Assembly: GCA_035387745.1 (NCBI GenBank)
Contig: DAOOON010000016.1
Location: 10,021-16,569 of the forward strand
Source of the DNA: an archaeon
GTDB taxonomy: Archaea > Iainarchaeota > Iainarchaeia > Iainarchaeales > CSSED10-239
Direction: 5' to 3'
DNA: 6,549 nucleotides
Shown: piece after piece, positions 1-5,956 of the stretch
How the letters are laid out: each line of letters opens with the position of its first letter
Numbering within the stretch: the first letter of the stretch is position 1
The notes under the pieces: generated by a model
Databases searched by the model: none
Seen by the model: only the letters and a program-made list of their open reading frames with translations
Told to the model about the DNA's origin: nothing
Translations under genes and position numbers: made by a program

Positions 1-4
1 CCAA

Positions 5-50
5 GAGCTTTTCTTCAAAAGAAAGCCTCGGAAAAGAACGAGGTGTTTTT
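5..50 (+). repeat. Copy A of an imperfect structured intergenic element of about 45 nt (partner at 6372-6410)
   Basis: It is collinear with 6372-6410: GAGC, a T-run, an exact 8-mer TTCAAAAG (14-21 vs 6380-6387), CCTCGG vs CCGCGG, an A-run, ACG, GGT and a T-run. About 70% identity with a few gaps, aligned by eye. Two hairpins are possible: 7-26 (8 bp with one bulge, 3-nt loop) and CCTCG(26-30)/CGAGG(39-43), followed by TGTTTTT. Confidence 0.45.
40..45 (+). promoter_or_regulatory. Shine-Dalgarno-like site GAGGTG for the exonuclease gene
   Basis: GAGGTG lies 5 nt upstream of ATG 51. The same hexamer precedes gene 2. It lies within the 3' arm of the 26-43 hairpin. Confidence 0.6.
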
Positions 51-644
51 ATGAACTACTTATATTTAGATATCGAAACTTGTCCTATAGACAAAGAACT
101 TTATGATTCTTTAGAAGATGAAGAAGCAAAGCTAAAATTACTTAACCCTATTGATTCAAGAGTTGTTGCTATAGGCCTAAAATACTCAGACAGCAAAGAT
201 ACAATTATCCTTCAAGACGATAACGAGAAAAAGATTCTTGAAGACATGTGGCAGACCATTTCAAAATTAAGAGGAAACGGTACAAGCTTAAGAATTGTTG
301 GCTTTAATATTTTAAATTTTGATATGCCTTTTATTATAGCAAGATGCTTTATTAATAAAGTTTCAGTTCTTCCAATTTCTGGTAACGAAATTATTGATTT
401 AAGAGATCTTGTTTCTTTTTTTAGAACAGGAAAGACTAGAGGCGGGCTAAAAGACTTTGGAAAAGCCATGGGAATAGAGCTAGACGAAAATGATGGCGGA
501 GATATAGCAAGGCTTTGCTTTCAAGAGGATAAGGAAGATGGCAAAAAGCAAATAGCAAAATATCTTCGTAAAGACATAGAGCTAACTGAAAGTATGCATA
601 AGCAAATAATGTCTCTTGGTATAGATAAGCTCAGAAGATACTAA
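51..644 (+). CDS. DEDDy-type 3'-5' exonuclease, RNase H-like fold, resembling the stand-alone PolB-exonuclease-domain-like family (Pfam DNA_pol_B_exo2 / COG3298 type)
   Basis: 197-aa ORF with an SD. ExoI motif: YLDIETCP (D7, E9). ExoII motif: GFNILNFDMPFI (N86, D91). ExoIII motif: YLRKD (Y171, D175). The size of about 200 aa and the DIET-x-P start are typical of this family. Assigned by eye from motifs only. Confidence 0.75.
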   Translation: MNYLYLDIETCPIDKELYDSLEDEEAKLKLLNPIDSRVVAIGLKYSDSKDTIILQDDNEKKILEDMWQTISKLRGNGTSLRIVGFNILNFDMPFIIARCFINKVSVLPISGNEIIDLRDLVSFFRTGKTRGGLKDFGKAMGIELDENDGGDIARLCFQEDKEDGKKQIAKYLRKDIELTESMHKQIMSLGIDKLRRY

Positions 645-653
645 TATTAACTG

Positions 654-662
654 TTTTTAAAT
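654..662 (+). promoter_or_regulatory. TATA-like box TTTTTAAAT; candidate promoter for gene 2, and its T5 run may also terminate gene 1
   Basis: An AT box sits about 55 nt upstream of ATG 715. A transcription start about 26 nt downstream would give a roughly 30-nt leader containing the SD. The AT-rich background makes this weak. Confidence 0.3.
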
Positions 663-699
663 GTTTGGTAATTTCTTTTTATTGTTGATATTAATTTTT

Positions 700-705
700 G
701 AGGTG
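700..705 (+). promoter_or_regulatory. Shine-Dalgarno-like site GAGGTG for the surface-protein gene
   Basis: GAGGTG lies 9 nt upstream of ATG 715. Confidence 0.55.
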
Positions 706-714
706 TAAAATAAA

Positions 715-777
715 ATGAAATTAACTAAAATACTAATATTTGTTTTTATATTGCTTTTTATGCAAAACCTTTTTGCA
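715..777 (+). other. Signal peptide (MKLTKILIFVFILLFMQNLFA)
   Basis: Basic N-terminus (K2, K5), a hydrophobic core of about 11 residues, then NLFA before FNP. Confidence 0.7.
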
Positions 778-3234
778 TTTAATCCTACGTTTTATGTAGG
801 AGATGGAGTTTCTGGAACAGACCCAAATTGTCAAAATCCAAATTATTCTTCTATTCAGGCAGCCGCTAATAGCATAAAAAACGACGCAATACAAAATGCA
901 ATAATCATTGTTTGCCAAGGCACATATACAGAAAACATAAATCTAACAGATTTTGAAAATTTATCAATTATTGGAGAGAATGACGAAGTAATTATAAAAT
1001 CTCCAGCAACAGAAGTTAGTCCATTACAAGTATTTTTTTCAACAAATATAGGTCTTAAGAATTTAAAAATAATAGAGCCGAATTTAAAAGGCGTTGTTCT
1101 CAATAATGTTATAGATGTAATTTTAGAAGACATAAGCGTATCAGAAATTAAAGGGATAGCACAAGGAGAATATAGTTTAGCTGGGATATATATTTCTGGT
1201 TCTGATAACGTGACTCTTAAAGGAGACATAAAAATTGAAGACGTAGATGCCAGTATAAAATATACAAACGGTATTGAAATCCGGAATTCTGAAGGCATTG
1301 TTTTTGATACAGATTTATTAGTTGTTTATAATATAAAATCCAGTAACAATGCAACAGATTCATTATTAACTGGAATTTTAATAAATAACTCAGATATAGA
1401 AATAAAATCAAACGTTACAATTAGTGAACTTAACGGAAGAAAAGACGTTATTGGTTTTTTAGCAGAAAATGACTCAGTAGTAACTAACGAAAACGAAATA
1501 AATATGGGGGTTACTCAATCAAGGTCTTTGTCTGTAATTAAGGGATTTGCAATAGAGAATTCTAGAATTAATCTTAATGACAATACTCGCACAAATTTTT
1601 TCAGTATTGGCGGATTTCAAGCAGACACTTATGCATTTTACTTAGATAATGCGCAAGTTTCATGGTTAGGGGAATTAGAATTTATAAGGGTTATTGGAGA
1701 AGATAAGAGTTATGGACTATATATAAATAATTCAGATAATTTTATAGTTTCAAAAATAGATACAGACAATACTCAAATTGAAGGAGAGGTGAGATTAATA
1801 TATATAAAAGACTCTGATTCTGGTCAAATTAAAAACATTACAAACGGCAATGAAGAAATTATGATTACTACAAATGATTTTAGAGTTTTAAATATAATTA
1901 ATTCTTCTGTTAAGGTAAATAAAATGAGAATAACCTCTAATAGAGATTTGCCAAACTGTATAGTTGCAGAAAATAATTCAAATATCGAGTTAGAAGATAT
2001 TGATTTAACAAATTGTTCTGGAAATTATATTAAAAATAATAATTCAGAGATATCAATTAAAAATTCTCCTACAATCAATCTTGCAAAAATACAGTATGAT
2101 CAAAGTCAAAATTCAATTGTAGAAGTTTATAAGCCAGTAAAATTATTACCCTATAAAGATGGAAGAGATTTAAAATTAGACGAATTATACATTTATCACG
2201 ATTCAAAATATTTCTCAAATATATTTAATCCAGAAACAGAAATAGAATATGATTTATTATATTTTACAAAAGGCTATAAAAATGGAGTATTAGATTCTAG
2301 TTTCTATAATGATTATTATTTTACTGGAATAAAGTCTAGAGTTAATGAAAAAAAAGAAAAAATCACAATTAATGATTTTTCTTTTCAAGAAATATATATT
2401 GAATTTTTTATTGTGCCTAACGAGTTTTTAGAACAAACCGCAAAAGCAGGGGTTACCACCAAAAATTCAGACCATTTTTCTGTCACAGATAAAACTTGTT
2501 CAAAAACACTTGATAAAAGTTATGGTTGTTTTGATATAAAATTGTCTTTAGCTTTAGAAGACACAGAAAATGAGAGTTATACTCTTAAATTTAAATTGCC
2601 TGTTTCTTGGTTAACACAAAAGAATCTAAAGAAAGACGAAATTGTACTTTATCATTTAGAAAATAACAAATATGTTGAACAAAAAACCACTCCTTTAACA
2701 ATAGTTGATAATTATCAGATATTCATTTCTGAAGTAGATTCTTTCTCAGAATTTCAAATTGCAGAAAAGAAAGACGTTTCTGATGTTGATGTCCCAAAGA
2801 ATGATACACCCCCAGAGACAACACCCCCAGTAACAGAACCGCCAGCAGATTCAAATCAAACAAATCCAAATTGTAATATTAAATGTACAGAGAACCAAAT
2901 TTTAGATTATATCAACTGTAAATGTATAGACAAACAGACAGGAGTCTGTGATTTAGTTTGCGATTCAAACGAATATTTAGATACAGAGTTATGTCAATGT
3001 TTTGATTTAGCAAATGCCGGTTGTAGAGGTGCTTGTAATGTTGGAGAAACAATGAATTTAACAACCTGTACTTGCGTTCCTGTTGTTCTTGACGGCATGC
3101 CAATTTCTCAAGCAAACAATTTCTGGAGTTTTGTTCTTATAGTTTTAGTAATAGTAATTGCAATTATAGTTTTCTTAATAATTAGGAAAAACAGAAAAAA
3201 TAAGTTAAAAAAGCAATCAAAGAAAAAGAAATAA
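715..3234 (+). CDS. Secreted, C-terminally membrane-anchored surface (glyco)protein: parallel beta-helix repeats, PGF-pre-PGF-like domain, Pro/Thr linker, 3 Cys-rich repeats, TM helix and basic tail
   Basis: 839-aa ORF with an SD. It has an N-terminal signal peptide. The SIQAAANSI...IIIVCQGTYTENINLTDFENLSIIGE motif is typical of the first turn of right-handed beta-helix proteins. A dozen repeats of about 22-25 aa follow, of the form G(I/F)x(I/L)xNS-x-h-x-h. I counted 18 N-x-S/T sequons by eye. There is a C-terminal TM helix followed by a Lys/Arg tail. Confidence 0.85.
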   Translation: MKLTKILIFVFILLFMQNLFAFNPTFYVGDGVSGTDPNCQNPNYSSIQAAANSIKNDAIQNAIIIVCQGTYTENINLTDFENLSIIGENDEVIIKSPATEVSPLQVFFSTNIGLKNLKIIEPNLKGVVLNNVIDVILEDISVSEIKGIAQGEYSLAGIYISGSDNVTLKGDIKIEDVDASIKYTNGIEIRNSEGIVFDTDLLVVYNIKSSNNATDSLLTGILINNSDIEIKSNVTISELNGRKDVIGFLAENDSVVTNENEINMGVTQSRSLSVIKGFAIENSRINLNDNTRTNFFSIGGFQADTYAFYLDNAQVSWLGELEFIRVIGEDKSYGLYINNSDNFIVSKIDTDNTQIEGEVRLIYIKDSDSGQIKNITNGNEEIMITTNDFRVLNIINSSVKVNKMRITSNRDLPNCIVAENNSNIELEDIDLTNCSGNYIKNNNSEISIKNSPTINLAKIQYDQSQNSIVEVYKPVKLLPYKDGRDLKLDELYIYHDSKYFSNIFNPETEIEYDLLYFTKGYKNGVLDSSFYNDYYFTGIKSRVNEKKEKITINDFSFQEIYIEFFIVPNEFLEQTAKAGVTTKNSDHFSVTDKTCSKTLDKSYGCFDIKLSLALEDTENESYTLKFKLPVSWLTQKNLKKDEIVLYHLENNKYVEQKTTPLTIVDNYQIFISEVDSFSEFQIAEKKDVSDVDVPKNDTPPETTPPVTEPPADSNQTNPNCNIKCTENQILDYINCKCIDKQTGVCDLVCDSNEYLDTELCQCFDLANAGCRGACNVGETMNLTTCTCVPVVLDGMPISQANNFWSFVLIVLVIVIAIIVFLIIRKNRKNKLKKQSKKKK
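787..2079 (+). other. Right-handed parallel beta-helix (PbH1-like) repeat region
   Basis: Recurrent segments include GIYISGSDNVTLKGDIKI, NGIEIRNSEGIVFDTD, TGILINNSDIEIKSNVTI, KGFAIENSRINLNDN, YGLYINNSDNFIVSKI and NCIVAENNSNIELEDIDLTNCSG. Boundaries are approximate. Confidence 0.6.
2437..2772 (+). other. PGF-pre-PGF-like archaeal surface-protein domain (approximate boundaries)
   Basis: YTLKFKLPVSWLTQKNLKKDEIVLYHLENNKYVEQKTTPLTIVDNYQIFISEVDSFSEFQIAE follows the pattern F-x-V-x-K-x-W-L...h-x-L-Y-R...W-x-x-L-x-T...Y-x-x-x-A-x-T-x-x-F-S-x-F-A-I that I recall for TIGR04213-type domains. Confidence 0.45.
2791..2871 (+). other. Pro/Thr-rich linker (VPKNDTPPETTPPVTEPPADSNQTNPN)
   Basis: Low-complexity P/T segment containing two N-x-T sequons. 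This is typical of an O- or N-glycosylated stalk in archaeal surface proteins. Confidence 0.6.
2872..3075 (+). repeat. Three tandem 25-aa-period Cys-rich protein repeats, C-x3-C-x10-C-x-C
   Basis: CNIKCTENQILDYINCKC, CDLVCDSNEYLDTELCQC and CRGACNVGETMNLTTCTC have identical Cys spacing, with 7 residues between units. The nucleotide sequences have diverged. Confidence 0.8.
3121..3231 (+). other. C-terminal transmembrane anchor (FWSFVLIVLVIVIAIIVFLII) plus basic cytoplasmic tail (RKNRKNKLKKQSKKKK)
   Basis: A 21-residue uncharged hydrophobic stretch is followed by 16 residues, of which 11 are K or R (positive-inside topology). Confidence 0.8.
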
Positions 3235-3251
3235 TTTTCTTTCTTTTTCTT
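3220..3251 (+). terminator. A/U-rich hairpin spanning the stop codon, plus a T-rich tract
   Basis: AAGAAAAAGAAA (3220-3231) is the perfect reverse complement of TTTCTTTTTCTT (3240-3251), with an 8-nt loop that contains the TAA stop. The T-rich run 3235-3251 would act as an archaeal oligo-T terminator. Confidence 0.4.
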
Positions 3252-3260
3252 AATCCAAAT

Positions 3261-3306
3261 CTTTAAAAACCCTAATATATTATATTTCTTTAGTTTCTTA
3301 TATTAT
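3261..3306 (+). promoter_or_regulatory. Promoter region for the ATPase gene with two TATA-like boxes
   Basis: CTTTAAAAACC (3261-3271) closely matches the box upstream of the tRNA (6251-6262). TTATATTA (3298-3305) lies about 20-24 nt upstream of ATG 3322, which fits a leaderless mRNA. No SD is visible upstream of 3322. Confidence 0.3.
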
Positions 3307-3321
3307 TAGATATTGATAAAT

Positions 3322-5943
3322 ATGGCTATAGAAAAAACCAAAAGCGATGGGACAGATCCTTTTGAAAAGATAGAGAAAGGTAAAAACGACAAAAGTATCT
3401 ATGAGTCCGTTCCAGAAGAAGAAAAAGCAGATGAAAAGAAAACCAAAACCACTGCGCGCGAGCCCGAGCGAAACCGGCTCAAAGAGATTACACCAAAACT
3501 TGAATTTTTAACAGATCCAGAAGATGAAACAATAGTCTATATCGGAAGAAAAAAATCAGTTCTAAAAGAACATGGCTCAAAGTCTTGTGCGTTTTTAGGT
3601 AAAGTCTATGAAGATGATTGCAGAGACAAGAAAGTTTATTTAGATGGTCTTAACCCACACGTAGTATTTATTGATGGTTCAAGAGGTTCAGGAAAAAGCT
3701 ATGGCCTTGGAGTTATTGCTGAAGAGCTAACTACAAACAACCCATATATCGGCCAGATAGTTGTTGATCCAGTTGGAGTCTTTTGGTCAATGAAATACCC
3801 AAATCAAGAAAAAAAAGAACTTGAGGAATTAAAAAAATGGGATTTACAAGCAAAAGGCCTAAATAATATTAAAGTCTTTGTGCCTGAAGGAGTGGTTGGC
3901 AAAGTCTCTAAAGAAACATATGACGAAACCTTTTCTATGTATCCTTCAATGCTTCTTGCAGACGACTGGTGCCTAACTTTTGGAATTGATAGATTTAATC
4001 CAACAGGGTTATTATTAGAAAAAACTTTATCTTTTGTTAAGCACGGTTATAAATCAGGAGACCCAAGCGAGCAAGAAAAAACAACAGAACAGATTCCTGC
4101 AAAAGGCAATCTCTATAATCTTGACGATATAGTTTTTTGTTTACAAAATGCTTATGAATTTAAGTCTTCTTCTTCTGGTTACAAGCAAGACTCTATTAGA
4201 GCATTAGTTTCTAGATTTGAAGCCGCAAAGTCTTGGGGCATCTTTAGTGATCATGGAACTCCCCTTTCAAAACTTTCAAAAGAAAAGCAACTAACAATTC
4301 TTGATACTAGTTTTTTAGATGATAATATTACTGCTCTTGTTATTGGTATACTAGCACGAAGAATACTTTCTGCAAGAAAGCTTGTGACTAGACAAGACGC
4401 AATTAAAAAGTTTGATTCAAATTCAGAAAGCCCAGACGAGCTACTTGAAATTTCAATTCCCCCAACCTGGGTATATATTGATGAAGCCCACACTCTTATT
4501 CCTTCAGGAAACACCATAACTCCTGCAACTAATGCCATAATTGAATATGTTAAGCAAGGAAGAAGACCTGGCTGTTCAATGGTTCTAGCTACTCAACAAC
4601 CTTCAGCAATAAATTCTAAAGTATTATCTCAAGTTGATATTTTCTTAAGCCACAAATTAGTATTTAACGACGATATTCATGCTGTCCAGAAAAGAATGCC
4701 AGCAATTATTCCTGAAGCCTACAAGGACCCAAATTTTATTAAAACTCTTCCAGTCGGTGTGGCTTTAACAGGAGACAGAGGCGAAGAAACCAAAAGAGCT
4801 TTTATTCTTAAGATTAAACCAAGATTAAGTCAGCATGAAGGCAGAGACGCAGAAACCATTAGAGAGGTTCCAACTCTTTCCAAGAAGGAAATAATCAATT
4901 TCTGCTCAGACATGATCTACAAAAAATTATTGTCTTCAAAAACTCTTAAGACTAGTGATGCTAAAGACATTCTTGATGTTGTTAATTCTAAATATAATAG
5001 CGATGTTGTTTTTGATGAGATTTTAGTATCTCTAAGCAAGATGGGAATTTCTGAAAAAGACAACATTTTGTATTTTGAAAATAAAAACACTAAACAAAAA
5101 ACAGAAATCCCTAAAGATGAAATTCAAGATATCAATCGCGCAATTGAAAAATCAAATGAGCTTTCAGAAATATCAGAAGATATGCCATTAACTCCAGAAG
5201 AAATTGTGCCAGACAGCCTGCCAGTAATCCCTTCAAGAATCTCAAGAGACATAGCAATAAATATTGCAAACAGCACAAATAAGAAAAAGTTTTTATTTTT
5301 AAGAGAAGAAGGAATTATTTCTCAAGTTACTATGATTTATAGAAAAGTTTACAAGATTAATTTTAATATCTTTGATGAAGACGAAAACTATAAAACTTCA
5401 ACTTGCTTTATTGATTCTGTGTCTGGAGAGTTTATACATTTTGATGGCAGAAACTTTAAAGCTTCAAACGGCTTTAAGTTAGTTGAAGAGCTAAGCGTTG
5501 ACGATATTGTTCTTTTAGATAGTATCTTTGCTTGGAAAACCCCTGAAGAATTATCTGAGATTTTAGGATTTGATGCAAGAGAAATAAAACAAGACTTGAT
5601 TTCTTTAGTTGATAGAAACCTTGCTGACGTTGATATTATTAATAAAAAAGAAAGCTTTAGAATAAAGAGAAGAATAGATTTGCCATTCCACCCAGGATAT
5701 GATATTCTTACTTCAATAAACCATTTACCATTAAAGAAACAATTAATTTCTAAATCTGATATTCAAGAAGAAATATCCGAAGAAATCATTGTTAGCAGAT
5801 TAGAAAAATTATGGCCAGACATCGAGATAACGGAAATCTCTGAGATCTTCTGGCCTCTTTGGGAAATTATCTCAAAAGACAAGAGAGCAAATCAAAGAGC
5901 AATTATTGTTGATGCAGTTATTGGTCAAATCATTGATGCATAA
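3322..5943 (+). CDS. HerA/FtsK-clade P-loop ATPase (COG0433/DUF87-like core) with a charged N-terminal tail and a roughly 360-aa C-terminal extension containing a wHTH-like segment
   Basis: Motifs are collinear with HerA: VYLDGLNPHVVFIDGSRGSGKS (Walker A), VVDPVGVFW, LTILDTSFL...ALVIGILARRI, WVYIDEAHTLIP (Walker B), QGRRPGCSMVLATQQPSAI..VLSQVD, LPVGVALTG and KPRLSQHEGRD. The ORF track opens at TTG 3313; I prefer ATG 3322 (MAIEK...). Stop is TAA 5941-5943. Confidence 0.85.
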   Translation: MAIEKTKSDGTDPFEKIEKGKNDKSIYESVPEEEKADEKKTKTTAREPERNRLKEITPKLEFLTDPEDETIVYIGRKKSVLKEHGSKSCAFLGKVYEDDCRDKKVYLDGLNPHVVFIDGSRGSGKSYGLGVIAEELTTNNPYIGQIVVDPVGVFWSMKYPNQEKKELEELKKWDLQAKGLNNIKVFVPEGVVGKVSKETYDETFSMYPSMLLADDWCLTFGIDRFNPTGLLLEKTLSFVKHGYKSGDPSEQEKTTEQIPAKGNLYNLDDIVFCLQNAYEFKSSSSGYKQDSIRALVSRFEAAKSWGIFSDHGTPLSKLSKEKQLTILDTSFLDDNITALVIGILARRILSARKLVTRQDAIKKFDSNSESPDELLEISIPPTWVYIDEAHTLIPSGNTITPATNAIIEYVKQGRRPGCSMVLATQQPSAINSKVLSQVDIFLSHKLVFNDDIHAVQKRMPAIIPEAYKDPNFIKTLPVGVALTGDRGEETKRAFILKIKPRLSQHEGRDAETIREVPTLSKKEIINFCSDMIYKKLLSSKTLKTSDAKDILDVVNSKYNSDVVFDEILVSLSKMGISEKDNILYFENKNTKQKTEIPKDEIQDINRAIEKSNELSEISEDMPLTPEEIVPDSLPVIPSRISRDIAINIANSTNKKKFLFLREEGIISQVTMIYRKVYKINFNIFDEDENYKTSTCFIDSVSGEFIHFDGRNFKASNGFKLVEELSVDDIVLLDSIFAWKTPEELSEILGFDAREIKQDLISLVDRNLADVDIINKKESFRIKRRIDLPFHPGYDILTSINHLPLKKQLISKSDIQEEISEEIIVSRLEKLWPDIEITEISEIFWPLWEIISKDKRANQRAIIVDAVIGQIIDA
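3676..3699 (+). other. Walker A / P-loop (GSRGSGKS)
   Basis: G-x4-GK-S, read directly in frame. Confidence 0.9.
4468..4488 (+). other. Walker B (WVYIDEAH)
   Basis: A hydrophobic strand followed by DE. HerA proteins typically show h-h-h-h-EEAH at this position. Confidence 0.85.
5476..5670 (+). other. Winged-helix-turn-helix-like segment in the ATPase C-terminal extension (approximate)
   Basis: LSVDDIVLLDSIFAWKTPEELSEILGFDAREIKQDLISLVDRNLADVDIINKKESFRIKRR has the helix / helix-turn-helix / beta-wing pattern of MarR/TrmB-type wHTH domains. By-eye call only. Confidence 0.4.
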
Positions 5944-5956
5944 AAGTGAAATAATC

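Noticed and set aside
212-469. 85-aa antisense ORF inside the exonuclease gene
   Set aside because: It is fully embedded opposite a CDS with intact catalytic motifs. It has no SD or promoter context, and its composition is typical of antisense reading of an AT-rich gene.
733-1411. Three antisense ORFs (733-918, 855-1298, 1217-1411) opposite the surface-protein gene
   Set aside because: They overlap each other and the sense CDS, which has clear signal-peptide and beta-helix signatures. Their translations are low-complexity with no recognisable motifs. Long antisense ORFs are expected by chance when the sense strand is depleted in the reverse complements of stop codons.
2348-2362. A8 and A6 homopolymer runs in the surface-protein gene as a phase-variation switch
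   Set aside because: Comparable A7-A9 runs occur in the ATPase gene (3549-3555, 3809-3816) and in intergenic DNA (6450-6458). They reflect Lys-rich coding and AT bias rather than a specific contingency locus.
2912-3115. 67-aa antisense ORF opposite the Cys-rich repeat region
   Set aside because: The sense frame shows exactly spaced Cys repeats, and the antisense product has no features. It is probably spurious.
3313-3321. TTG 3313 as the ATPase start codon
   Set aside because: An in-frame ATG follows three codons later at 3322, and neither has an SD. ATG is favoured, especially if the mRNA is leaderless, but this cannot be decided from sequence alone.
4251-4538. 95-aa antisense ORF opposite the ATPase Walker B region
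   Set aside because: The sense frame carries conserved HerA motifs across this exact region, and the antisense ORF has no start context.
5906-5956. Upstream extension of the small ORF (start at 5906, overlapping the ATPase by 38 nt)
   Set aside because: The extension MLMQLLVKSLMHKSEII lies mostly inside the ATPase C-terminal coding sequence. ATG 5957 has a better SD-like AAGTGA and no overlap. ATG 5936 (8-nt overlap) remains a possible alternative.
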